The notes under the pieces were generated by a model. It was not told the origin of the DNA. It made no database searches and saw only the letters and a program-made list of their open reading frames with translations. A DNA stretch of 64,000 nucleotides from Verrucomicrobiales bacterium. GTDB lineage: Bacteria > Verrucomicrobiota > Verrucomicrobiia > Verrucomicrobiales > V1-33. Below are positions 49,063 to 58,233 of this stretch, in pieces; within the stretch, counting starts at the first letter, position 1, and the number at the start of each line of letters is the position of its first letter. The stretch covers positions 63,976-127,975 of the forward strand of contig JANOAV010000037.1 of assembly GCA_031411295.1 (NCBI GenBank). The letters run 5' to 3'. Made by a program: the position numbers and the translations under genes.

Positions 49063-49974
49063 TCAAGCTTCTGCTTTGACGACCAACTTCACTTGCAGTT
49101 CAAAACGATCATTGACCAGATGCCCGGCCAGCTTGCGGAAGAGTTTCCCCGAACCATACGTGATACCCCAGCGCGTCCGGTCAATGGCCAAGGCGGCTTG
49201 GGCTGCTCGCAAGCCTTCCGGAGTGAACCCGGCGGAGGCGAGGAAACAGATGCTCTGAGTAACGCCTCGCAGCGTGAGATCTCCTCGGACCTCCAGATTG
49301 AGGGACCCGGGCGTTTCCGCAATGCGGGTGGATTGGGTTATTTCCAGCACTGCTTGCGGGAAGCGTGCGACATCGAAGAAATCATCGCTCAGCAAATGAT
49401 GGATGAGCACATCGTGCAATGGCGTGCCCGCCAAATCTGTGCAGGTTAGGCCTTGCAGGTTGAACTCCACCCGGCCACCGCAAACGGGACCGCTTTCATC
49501 GAAATCCAGATAACCCGCCGCAATCGGCAGCAGGCCCCAGTGCTTGGAAAGAAGGTTTCTGCCCAGCCACTCAACGGAGGATTTATCCAAGTCCAACTGC
49601 CGTCGGCCCAGCGGCCAGGCTGGAGGAGTGGGCTCAGGGGCAACGACATCCAGCGTCAGGCCGGCCGCCTTCCAAGCTTCGATGCCACCTTGCAGGATCT
49701 GTGCGGCGGTGAATCCAGCGCGTTGGAGTTTCTCCAGTGCCACTTCAGCCTCCAGGCTAACGCCGCCCCAGCCGACGACGATGACAGGCTGGGTCTGGTC
49801 CGGAATGGCTTGGCGGACCTTCTCCAAAAAGACCACCTCGAACACGCAATGGTTGATGGAATCCGGCAAATGGCCGCTGGCAAAATCTTCCGCCAAGCGG
49901 ACGTCGAGGACGTGCAGGGTCTCTTGCGTTTCAGTTAGTTGGGCCAGTTCTGGCAGGGTAATCAATGGGTTCAT
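49063..49974 (-). CDS. rhodanese-like / YceI fusion protein
   Basis: LDVRLAEDFASGHLPDS...LQGGIEAW; KSSVEW...HLLSDDFFDVARFP...GDLTLRGVT...IDRTRWGITYGS. Confidence 0.88.
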   Translation of the reverse strand: MNPLITLPELAQLTETQETLHVLDVRLAEDFASGHLPDSINHCVFEVVFLEKVRQAIPDQTQPVIVVGWGGVSLEAEVALEKLQRAGFTAAQILQGGIEAWKAAGLTLDVVAPEPTPPAWPLGRRQLDLDKSSVEWLGRNLLSKHWGLLPIAAGYLDFDESGPVCGGRVEFNLQGLTCTDLAGTPLHDVLIHHLLSDDFFDVARFPQAVLEITQSTRIAETPGSLNLEVRGDLTLRGVTQSICFLASAGFTPEGLRAAQAALAIDRTRWGITYGSGKLFRKLAGHLVNDRFELQVKLVVKAEA

Positions 49975-51452
49975 GAATTGCTGAGGGTATCGTCGGTAAA
50001 GCCAAAGAGCTTCCGCAGAGCGGTGGTGGCGGCGTGGAAGCCGCACATCCCGTGGACTCCCCCGCCGGGTGGAGTAGAGGAACTGCAGAGAAAGATATTT
50101 TCCGCCGGGGTGGTGTAGGGATTCACGCGCAAGGCGGGGCGCGCCACCATTTGCCAGATGTCCTGCACCCCACCGATGATATCTCCCCCAACGTAGTTAG
50201 GATTGTATTCGTTTAGGTCTGCGGGACGCAGCACATGGGTCTGTAAAATCAGGTCCCGGAAGCCCGGAGCATAGCGTTCGATCTGGGTAAGGATAACCTC
50301 CGTGAGATCGCCCATGTAGCCTGGAGGCGTGTGGCAGTAAGCCCAGCAGGTGTGCTGGCCGGCCGGAGCCCGACTGGGGTCAGGAATGCTCTGTTGCGCC
50401 ACGAGCACGAACGGTCGCTCCGCGATCCGGTTCTCCCAGCAGGCTTTTTCGGAAACGATGATCTCCTCCAGCGTCCCGCCGACATGCACCGTGCCCGCTT
50501 GGCGACAGGCCTCATGCAGCCAGGGAATCGGCCCGCTCAGCGCCAGATCAAGTTTGTAAGCACCGGGACCATACCGGTAACGTTGCAGTGATTTCTGATA
50601 GCTTGCGGGAAGCCGCTCTCCGCAGATCTCCACCAGCGCCCGCGGTCCGGTGTCAAAGAGATAAGCCTTGGCGGCTGGGAGTTCGTCGAGTCGCAGCACG
50701 TTGTAAGCGACGACAATTTCCCCACCCAGTGCTTCGAAATACCGCGCCATGGCATTGGCAATACTTTGGGATCCTCCCTTGGCGACCGGCCAACCGACCA
50801 AGTGCCCGGTCGTGGCGAGCATGATGCCCACCGCGGCTGTGAAGCCAGTCTCCAGCGGCAGGATGGAGTGCGCGGCATGGCCGGCAAACATGGCCTTGGC
50901 TTCCTCCGTGGTGAATTTACTGCGTGCCAGACCGGCGGCGGAGCGGATGCCTTGAAGTCCGAACCTGCCCATGCGGATTGGATGTCGGGGAAATTTCAGT
51001 AAGGGTCCGAGCAACTCTGGCAGGATTACTTCCACGTTGCGCTTCAGTCCCCCGTAAAATTGCAAGTAGCGTTTCTGATCCGCCACCGGCAGAGCATCGG
51101 CGGTGCGTTCCAAGTCTTGATACATCACCGCTGCGCGCCCGTCTGCTAATGGGTGGGCTAGACTCACCTCCGGGTGGGCCCACTCCAAACCAAATTTCTG
51201 CAAAGGCACACTGCGGAAGAATGGGGAAATCACACCCATGGGATGCACCGCAGAGCAAATATCGTGGTGAAAGCCGGGCAGCGTAAGTTCCGCCGTGCGC
51301 ATGCCGCCGCCGATGGTCGGCTTTGCTTCCACAATCAAAACCCGCAACCCCGCGCGCGACAACGTGATGCCTGCGGCCAAGCCATTGGGACCCGAGCCAA
51401 CGATGACGGCATCGTAGGAGGAGGATCGGGGTTGGGATAACACAAAGGGCAC
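49971..51452 (-). CDS. phytoene desaturase-like FAD oxidoreductase
   Basis: VGSGPNGLAA, IGGGMRT, HDICSAVHP, STPPGGGVHGMCG. Confidence 0.9.
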   Translation of the reverse strand: MPFVLSQPRSSSYDAVIVGSGPNGLAAGITLSRAGLRVLIVEAKPTIGGGMRTAELTLPGFHHDICSAVHPMGVISPFFRSVPLQKFGLEWAHPEVSLAHPLADGRAAVMYQDLERTADALPVADQKRYLQFYGGLKRNVEVILPELLGPLLKFPRHPIRMGRFGLQGIRSAAGLARSKFTTEEAKAMFAGHAAHSILPLETGFTAAVGIMLATTGHLVGWPVAKGGSQSIANAMARYFEALGGEIVVAYNVLRLDELPAAKAYLFDTGPRALVEICGERLPASYQKSLQRYRYGPGAYKLDLALSGPIPWLHEACRQAGTVHVGGTLEEIIVSEKACWENRIAERPFVLVAQQSIPDPSRAPAGQHTCWAYCHTPPGYMGDLTEVILTQIERYAPGFRDLILQTHVLRPADLNEYNPNYVGGDIIGGVQDIWQMVARPALRVNPYTTPAENIFLCSSSTPPGGGVHGMCGFHAATTALRKLFGFTDDTLSNS

Positions 51453-51559
51453 AGTTCCACCAGTGAATCGCCCGCGGCGTTTGTCGAGGAGAAACGCGGG
51501 GCCAGATTCTCCTCACTGCGCATTTGCCAAATGCGCCCAAGCCGCCAATTTTACCTTCC

Positions 51560-52537
51560 ATGAAAAGTTCCACCCCGCCGCCCCTGCCGTCACCTGAGCC
51601 GTCTGCTCAAGTTGGTGCGGGAGCGCCTACGCACGTTCACGTGCATTACAATCATCCTCCAGCGCCCCCGCCTTCCGCGTTGGCCAAAGGCTGCAGCATT
51701 GCGGTTGTTAGCGTGGCGATGTTGTGGATGCTTCCGATTCTGGGAGCATTTACTTTCGTGGGCAGTTTTTTTGGCGGTTCGATGATGTTTCTTATATTTC
51801 CCTTAGCGATCGCGCTCTTCATCTTCGCCATCGTTAAAATTGCCAACGCGGGTTCCCGCAGTCATCTTAGAGAAGAGCGTCGTCAGCCCCTGCAGAGGAC
51901 GGTAGAGGTTGCTGCTCCTATTGCGCCAGAGCCGGAGCAACCCTTGACGTTCGACCAGAAGCAGGCGGAGTTGTATCAATCGCTGGCCCCGGAAAGCAAA
52001 GAGCGGCATCAGAAGATCGTAGCCAAAAGTGGCCGGCTCCGGGAGTTGGCAGAGGGCGTCGATGATCCAGAAACGCAGGCTCAGCTGGGGCCGGGCTTGG
52101 AGAAACTGCAGTGGTTCCATTTGAAATTCCTCTTGGCGCGCGAGCATTTGCAACTCCACACCCCGGGTCATCTGCAACGTGATTTGGCCACCAAACTCGA
52201 AGCGTTGCGGGAGACGCTGCGGACGAATAGCCTTAGTGAGGTGGCGCGGAAGTCGAAGGTGTCCACTTTGGAGATGACCGAGGAGCGCCTGCGCAATCTG
52301 GAAAATCGTCAATGTCGCTTGATGGAAATCGAGAGCGACTTGGAGCGGATCGAATCCCAACTGGACCTCTCCCTCGAACGGGCTGCCCTGCAATCTTCCG
52401 GTGGCAGCACTACCTTCCAATTGGATCTGGCGGAACGCATGGTGGATAGCTCTGACTTGTTCGGTTCTTCCCTGCCGTTGGTGAGTGATCTGGATGCCCA
52501 CTTCCAAGGGAGCTTGGACCGCGATACCTTGCGCTAG
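51560..52537 (+). CDS. hypothetical membrane protein (two TM helices plus coiled coil)
   Basis: Pro-rich N-terminus, two hydrophobic segments, heptad-rich C-terminus. Confidence 0.7.
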   Translation: MKSSTPPPLPSPEPSAQVGAGAPTHVHVHYNHPPAPPPSALAKGCSIAVVSVAMLWMLPILGAFTFVGSFFGGSMMFLIFPLAIALFIFAIVKIANAGSRSHLREERRQPLQRTVEVAAPIAPEPEQPLTFDQKQAELYQSLAPESKERHQKIVAKSGRLRELAEGVDDPETQAQLGPGLEKLQWFHLKFLLAREHLQLHTPGHLQRDLATKLEALRETLRTNSLSEVARKSKVSTLEMTEERLRNLENRQCRLMEIESDLERIESQLDLSLERAALQSSGGSTTFQLDLAERMVDSSDLFGSSLPLVSDLDAHFQGSLDRDTLR

Positions 52538-52689
52538 GCGGCACTGGGCTCGGCGGGATAGCTTCGAGGTGGTGACTGCCGCCTCCGCGCCACTCGTTTT
52601 GCGAGCATTGGAAATTCTTGGACGCACCGCGTTCAAGAGGGTTGCGCAGAGCGGATATCACGAGAAACTATTCTCCAACCCTCCTTCTC

Positions 52690-55600
52690 ATGGCCTACCA
52701 ATTTCCATTCACCTTCCGTCGCCACCGCTGGCATTTCCTGCTCCTAACTCAGTTCGGAATGCTTGGTGGTGTCACTGCGGGAGCCGAGGAGGTGGTTTTT
52801 AACCGGGACATCCGACCGATTTTATCCAAGGCTTGCATCATGTGCCACGGGCCGGATGAACATGAGCGCAAAGGTGGGACGAAGGAAAGTGCGGGCTTGC
52901 GGGTGGATACCTTCGAAGGAGCGCAGATGGATCTCGGTGGGAAAAAGGCCATCGTGCCGGGCCATCCAGAGCAAAGTGAACTACTTTCCCGCATCACCAG
53001 CACCGATCCAGATGAGGTCATGCCGCCGCCGAAACACGGCAAGAAACTCACGGCGGACGATGTGAAATTAATCACCACCTGGATTAAAGGCGGTGCCCAT
53101 TACACCAAGCACTGGTCCTACGAGCTACCGGTTCGGCCGGTGGTTTCGACCACGGGCAATCCGGTGGACGGCTTCATTCAACAGCGGCTAGCCAAAGAAG
53201 GCTTGCAGCAACAACCAGAGGCAGATCGATTGACTCTCGCACGCCGCGTTACTTTGGATGTGACCGGCTTGCCGCCCTCCCCGGAAGCGGTCGCAGCTTT
53301 TGTGAATGATACTGCTCCCAATGCCTACGAGCGCTATGTGGATAAATTGCTAGCATCCCCGGCCTATGGTGAACATTGGGGACGGGAATGGCTGGATCTA
53401 GCTCGGTATGCTGATTCTGCGGGGTATGCCGACGATGGTTTGCGCTCGATGTGGGGCTTTCGTGACTACGTCATCAATTCCTATAATGCGAACAAGCCGT
53501 TCGATCAGTTTACGATTGAGCAAATCGCAGGGGATCTCCTGCCCAACCCCACCGATGATCAATTGGTGGCCACTGCCTTCCACCGCAACACGATGACGAA
53601 CAGCGAAGGTGGCACGAACGACGAGGAATTCCGCAATGCCGCCATCGTGGATCGGGTCAACACCACCATGGCCGTGTGGATGGGCACTTCCATGGCGTGT
53701 GCGCAGTGCCATACGCACAAGTATGATCCCATTACCCAGAAGGAATATTTCCAAATGTTCGCCTTCCTCAATAACACCGCCGATGCCGATCGGCAGGATG
53801 AATCCCCACTCCACAAGTTTCTTAACGCCGACCAGAAGGCGCAAAAACTCAAGCTGGAGCAGGATTTAGCCGCCATTGATGCCAAATTAAAAACACCCAC
53901 CGCCGAGCAACGCACGGCATCCCAGAAATGGAGCCAAGCATTTGCCGTGGCTCCCAAGTGGGAAATCCTGAAGCCCACGACGATGGAATCGGCGGCCAAG
54001 CTAGCGATGACCTTGGAGCCCGATGGCGCGGTGGCCGTGGCCAAGACGGCCGCTAAGGATACTTACAAATTAGAAATACCGGTGCCAGCGAGCCGTAAAA
54101 TTTCCTCGCTGAAATTAGAAGCACTCCCGCATGAAAGCTTGCCTGGGAAAGGATCGGGACATGGTGGTGGAAACTTCGTCGTGACCCGAGTGCGGGCCGT
54201 GATCGATCCGCCAACGGGAAGCAAGGGGCCGAAAGCGCGCTTTGTCAGAATTGAACTTCCCGGCAAGGAAGCGCTGCTGCAACTCGCAGAGGTGCAAGTT
54301 TTCACTGGGACGACGAACGTTGCGATCCAAGGCGTGGCCTCTCAGAAATCAACTTACACCGATGCCGTGGCTGCCCGAGCCATCGATGGCAACACTGCTG
54401 GTGCCTACGACAAAGGCTCTGTGGCGCATACCGGACTGGGGACCAATGATCCCTGGTGGGAGGTCGATTTGAAAACGGAACAATCGCTGGATCGCATCGT
54501 GGTCTGGAATCGCGCGGAAGCAGGCGAGCGACTGGAAGGATTCCGCATCCTAGCCATGGATGAGAAGCGACAAACGGTGTGGGAGCAGACCAAGAATAAG
54601 GCCGCGGAGTCGATCCCATTTTCCTTGAATGGGCAGCGGGAAATCGTGTTCACCGATGTTGCGGCAGATTTCACCCAGGCTGACTTTGCAGAGGATGCCG
54701 TCATTTCCGACAAGCCAGCAGAACAACCGAAGCAGAAGAAAAAAGTCCGTGGAGCCCAGCAAGGCTGGGCCGTGGGCGGTCAGCAGACGAAACCACATGA
54801 GCTGGTTTTAACCACCGCTGCCGCCGTAGAGATTCCCGCGGGCGCGAAGTTGCACGTTAGTATTGAGCAGCAATCCGCCTCCGCAAACCATACGCTGGGG
54901 CGCTTCCGGCTTAGTCTGACGGATGACCCAACGGCCTTGATTCGTTTGGAAACGCCGGCGGAAATAGTAGCAGTCATGGCACTCCCAGTTGCGCAACGCA
55001 CGCCTGAACAGGCAAATCAAGTTGCCGTTTTTTACAGCAGCAAGATTGCTCCAGAAGCAGCCGCTGAGCGTCTTAAGTTGACGGACTTGCAGAAGCAAAT
55101 TGATGGACTGCCGCAAGTGACCGTCCCTATCCTGCAAGAGCGTGCGGCCAATCAACGTCGGGAGTCGCATGTGCAGTTGCGGGGGAATTATCTCTCGCTG
55201 GGCGATGTGGTGGTCGAAGGCGTGCCCGTGGCGTTTCATCCTTTACCGGAGAAGGCTCCCATGAATCGTCTCACATTGGCGCATTGGCTGGTGGATGAGA
55301 AAAATCCGCTCACCCCACGGGTGATTGCTAACCGCTATTGGGAATCGATTTTCGGCATCGGCATCGTGCGCACGAGCGAAGAATTTGGTTCCCAAGGCGA
55401 ATTGCCATCGCATCCGGAATTGCTGGATTGGCTCGCCACCGAGTTGGTGCGCACCAAGTGGGATTTGAAAAACTTTGTTAAACTGCTCGTGACCTCCGCC
55501 ACTTACAAGCAATCCTCCAAAGTAGTCGCTGGAGCCATGGAGCGGGACCCGCAGAATCGCCTCTTGGCTCGTGGACCCCGCTTCCGCCTCAGCGCGGAAA

Positions 55601-56196
55601 TGGTGCGGGATCAGGCGCTTGCAGTGAGCGGATTGCTCTCGCCCAAAATGCTCGGCCCCTCCGTGCGTCCGGTGCGCCCTTCCAGCGGGCTGTCTGCCGC
55701 GTTCGGCGGGGGGTTGGATTGGCAAACGAGCGCTGGCGAGGATCGCTTCCGTCGCGCGCTCTACACGGAGTGGCGACGCACCAGTCCGTATCCATCCATG
55801 ACCACCTTCGATGCTCCCAACCGCGAAACTTGCACCTTAACTCGCAGTCGCTCGAACACACCGCTGCAAGCGTTAGTGACGTTGAACGATCCGGTTTACG
55901 TCGAAGCTGCTCAAGCGCTGGCGCGACGTTTAACGGCGGGGACGACCGAGGAGAGAATCACCCAAGCCTATCGGTTGGTGTTGTCCCGCAATCCTTCCGC
56001 CAAGGAACTCCAACGCCTGGTTAGTCTTTATCAGGAAACCCTGGTCACTTATCAATCGGACGCCAAGAAAGCTGCCGAGATGTCAACGAATCCCATTGGC
56101 GCACTCCCGGCCGGAGCGAACGCCGCTGAACTCGCCACTTGGACCACTATTTCCGGGGTCCTCCTCAACCTCGACGAAACGTTGATGAAACGCTAA
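52690..56196 (+). CDS. planctomycete cytochrome c / DUF1549 / DUF1553 protein with inserted discoidin/F-lectin-like domain
   Basis: CIMCH, WLDLARYADSAG, CAQCHTHKYDP, AARAIDGNT...PWWEVDL...IVVWNR, SNTPLQAL. Confidence 0.92.
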   Translation: MAYQFPFTFRRHRWHFLLLTQFGMLGGVTAGAEEVVFNRDIRPILSKACIMCHGPDEHERKGGTKESAGLRVDTFEGAQMDLGGKKAIVPGHPEQSELLSRITSTDPDEVMPPPKHGKKLTADDVKLITTWIKGGAHYTKHWSYELPVRPVVSTTGNPVDGFIQQRLAKEGLQQQPEADRLTLARRVTLDVTGLPPSPEAVAAFVNDTAPNAYERYVDKLLASPAYGEHWGREWLDLARYADSAGYADDGLRSMWGFRDYVINSYNANKPFDQFTIEQIAGDLLPNPTDDQLVATAFHRNTMTNSEGGTNDEEFRNAAIVDRVNTTMAVWMGTSMACAQCHTHKYDPITQKEYFQMFAFLNNTADADRQDESPLHKFLNADQKAQKLKLEQDLAAIDAKLKTPTAEQRTASQKWSQAFAVAPKWEILKPTTMESAAKLAMTLEPDGAVAVAKTAAKDTYKLEIPVPASRKISSLKLEALPHESLPGKGSGHGGGNFVVTRVRAVIDPPTGSKGPKARFVRIELPGKEALLQLAEVQVFTGTTNVAIQGVASQKSTYTDAVAARAIDGNTAGAYDKGSVAHTGLGTNDPWWEVDLKTEQSLDRIVVWNRAEAGERLEGFRILAMDEKRQTVWEQTKNKAAESIPFSLNGQREIVFTDVAADFTQADFAEDAVISDKPAEQPKQKKKVRGAQQGWAVGGQQTKPHELVLTTAAAVEIPAGAKLHVSIEQQSASANHTLGRFRLSLTDDPTALIRLETPAEIVAVMALPVAQRTPEQANQVAVFYSSKIAPEAAAERLKLTDLQKQIDGLPQVTVPILQERAANQRRESHVQLRGNYLSLGDVVVEGVPVAFHPLPEKAPMNRLTLAHWLVDEKNPLTPRVIANRYWESIFGIGIVRTSEEFGSQGELPSHPELLDWLATELVRTKWDLKNFVKLLVTSATYKQSSKVVAGAMERDPQNRLLARGPRFRLSAEMVRDQALAVSGLLSPKMLGPSVRPVRPSSGLSAAFGGGLDWQTSAGEDRFRRALYTEWRRTSPYPSMTTFDAPNRETCTLTRSRSNTPLQALVTLNDPVYVEAAQALARRLTAGTTEERITQAYRLVLSRNPSAKELQRLVSLYQETLVTYQSDAKKAAEMSTNPIGALPAGANAAELATWTTISGVLLNLDETLMKR

Positions 56197-56209
56197 CCGC
56201 TTAAATTTT

Positions 56210-57664
56210 ATGGATCCACAATTTGAATCACTCCAACAGCAAACGCGTCGGCAATTCCTCCGCCGGGGCGGTCAATTCAGCATCGGGGCTATGGCCATGC
56301 AATCCATGCTGGGCGGCAAGAGTCAGGCCGCCACCGCCGCCAATGCCAATCCGTTTGCCGCGAAATCGGCCCGAGCAGGAGCCAAGGTGAAGCGCGTGAT
56401 TTACCTGCAAATGTCCGGCGGTCCGCCGCACTTGGACATCTTCGATTACAAACCAGAGTTGGTGAAACGTAATGGTCAGGACGCGCCCGATCAATATGTG
56501 AAGGGCAAAACGTTCGCCTTCACCAGCGGCACGCCGAAACTCATGGGCACCCCGCGCACGTTTACCCAGCATGGCCCGGGCGGTGTCTGGATGTCGGATG
56601 CGGTGCCGAATTTCCAATCGGTGGCACATGAGATGTGTGTTATTAAAAGCATGCACACGGACCAATTCAATCATGCCCCGGCGGAGTTGTTATTGTTTAC
56701 CGGATCGCCCCGCCAGGGTCGCCCTAGCATGGGCTCCTGGGTCACCTATGGTCTGGGGTCGGAAAATGATAACCTGCCAGGATTTGTCGTCCTCATCAGC
56801 AGCGGCGTGCAGCCGAGCGGAGGCCAAAGCTGCTGGGGGACGGGCTTCATTCCTTCGGTCTTCCAAGGCGTGCAATGCCGCAGCAAAGGGGATCCCGTGC
56901 TCTACGTGGGCGATCCTCCAGGGATGGATCGCAACCTCCGCCGCAAGACGCTGGATGCACTGAACGACTTAAATCAACTGCAGGCCGACGAACTGGGACA
57001 TCCCGAAACCTCCACCCGCATTTCCCAATACGAACTCGCCTTCCGCATGCAAACCAGCGTGCCGGAGGTGATGGATATTTCCAAGGAATCAGCCAAGACG
57101 CTGGAGGATTACGGCGCGAAGCCGGGCGACTCCAGCTTCGCCAATAATTGTCTGCTTTCACGACGATTGCTGGAGCAAGGCGTGCGGTTTGTGCACTTGT
57201 TCGACTGGGGCTGGGACTTCCATGGCACCAATCCGAAGGAAGATATCCGCGATGGACTAACCGAAAAAATGCAGCGCACCGACAAGCCCGTCGCAGCCTT
57301 AATCAAGGATCTCCGGCAGCGGGGCTTGTTGGATGATACACTCATCATCTGGGGCGGAGAGTTCGGTCGCACCCCGTTCCGGGAAGGCCGCACGGCTGGC
57401 GGCAAAGTCTTGGGTCGGGACCATTTCCCCGACGCTTACTCGTTGTTCCTAGCTGGCGGAGGCGTCAAGCAAGGCCACAGCCATGGCGAAACCGACGATC
57501 TCGGCTTCAGCGTCGCCACGGACAAAGTCCACGTCCACGACCTCCAAGCCACCATCCTCCACTTACTGGGCATGGACCATGAGAAATTAACCTATCGGTT
57601 CCAGGGACGCGACTACCGCCTAACCGACGTCCACGGCCAAGTAGTCCAGGGAATCCTAACGTAG
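56210..57664 (+). CDS. Tat-exported DUF1501 protein
   Basis: TRRQFL, MSGGPPHLDIFDYKP, YELAFRMQ, GEFGRTP, GRDH, HDLQATILH. Confidence 0.93.
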   Translation: MDPQFESLQQQTRRQFLRRGGQFSIGAMAMQSMLGGKSQAATAANANPFAAKSARAGAKVKRVIYLQMSGGPPHLDIFDYKPELVKRNGQDAPDQYVKGKTFAFTSGTPKLMGTPRTFTQHGPGGVWMSDAVPNFQSVAHEMCVIKSMHTDQFNHAPAELLLFTGSPRQGRPSMGSWVTYGLGSENDNLPGFVVLISSGVQPSGGQSCWGTGFIPSVFQGVQCRSKGDPVLYVGDPPGMDRNLRRKTLDALNDLNQLQADELGHPETSTRISQYELAFRMQTSVPEVMDISKESAKTLEDYGAKPGDSSFANNCLLSRRLLEQGVRFVHLFDWGWDFHGTNPKEDIRDGLTEKMQRTDKPVAALIKDLRQRGLLDDTLIIWGGEFGRTPFREGRTAGGKVLGRDHFPDAYSLFLAGGGVKQGHSHGETDDLGFSVATDKVHVHDLQATILHLLGMDHEKLTYRFQGRDYRLTDVHGQVVQGILT

Positions 57665-57668
57665 AACG

Positions 57669-57700
57669 GAGTGTGGCAGCAGTCCGCTGGACTGCTGAAT
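57669..57700 (+). repeat. REP-like element, copy 2
   Basis: Identical 32 bp to 39825-39856; 4 nt after a stop codon. Confidence 0.85.
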
Positions 57701-57807
57701 GATGAAGCGCGGGCCATAGTGGCAACCTGAGCGGGGTGGAGGACAAAAGGTTACTAGCGTATTTTGAAACTATAACCAACAAATCATGGCAGTGTCCGAT
57801 GGCTCTG

Positions 57808-58034
57808 AGTCCTGTCAGGACAACACATCAAAGCCCGGGGTGGAGCGCAGCGCAACCCGGGGAATAAGCACAAACAACACCAAGAGCCCTGCAAGGGCGA
57901 GACACGGGAAATGCATCCCGGCCCGACTCACGTCACTATTGTCCCGCCCTTACAGGGCTTTGGCTTCTGGGCGGCTATACCCAGGGTTACGTTTCACTCC
58001 ACCCTGGGCTTTGATGTTCCGTCCTTACAGGACT
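57808..58034. repeat. nested inverted-repeat element (REPIN/MITE-like)
   Basis: Outer arms agtcctgtcaggac...acatcaaagcccggggtggag / ctccaccctgggctttgatgt...gtccttacaggact; inner arms agccctgcaagggcgagaca / tgtcccgcccttacagggct. Confidence 0.85.
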
Positions 58035-58233
58035 TGCCGAATTGAGGACTTGAGAGCCCCATGCACCGGCATGGGTATTGCATGGCGTGCGTTGAGTTCC
58101 TACCATGATGCCGGGGCTTTCAAAGCCCCGCGCCTTGGGATAAAGCCCGTGCAAAATCCGCCGTCACCCACCTGCGGTCAGGGGCATTTCGAGATTGCCA
58201 ACGATTCAAGGTTTCCCTATCCTGCCACAAACC

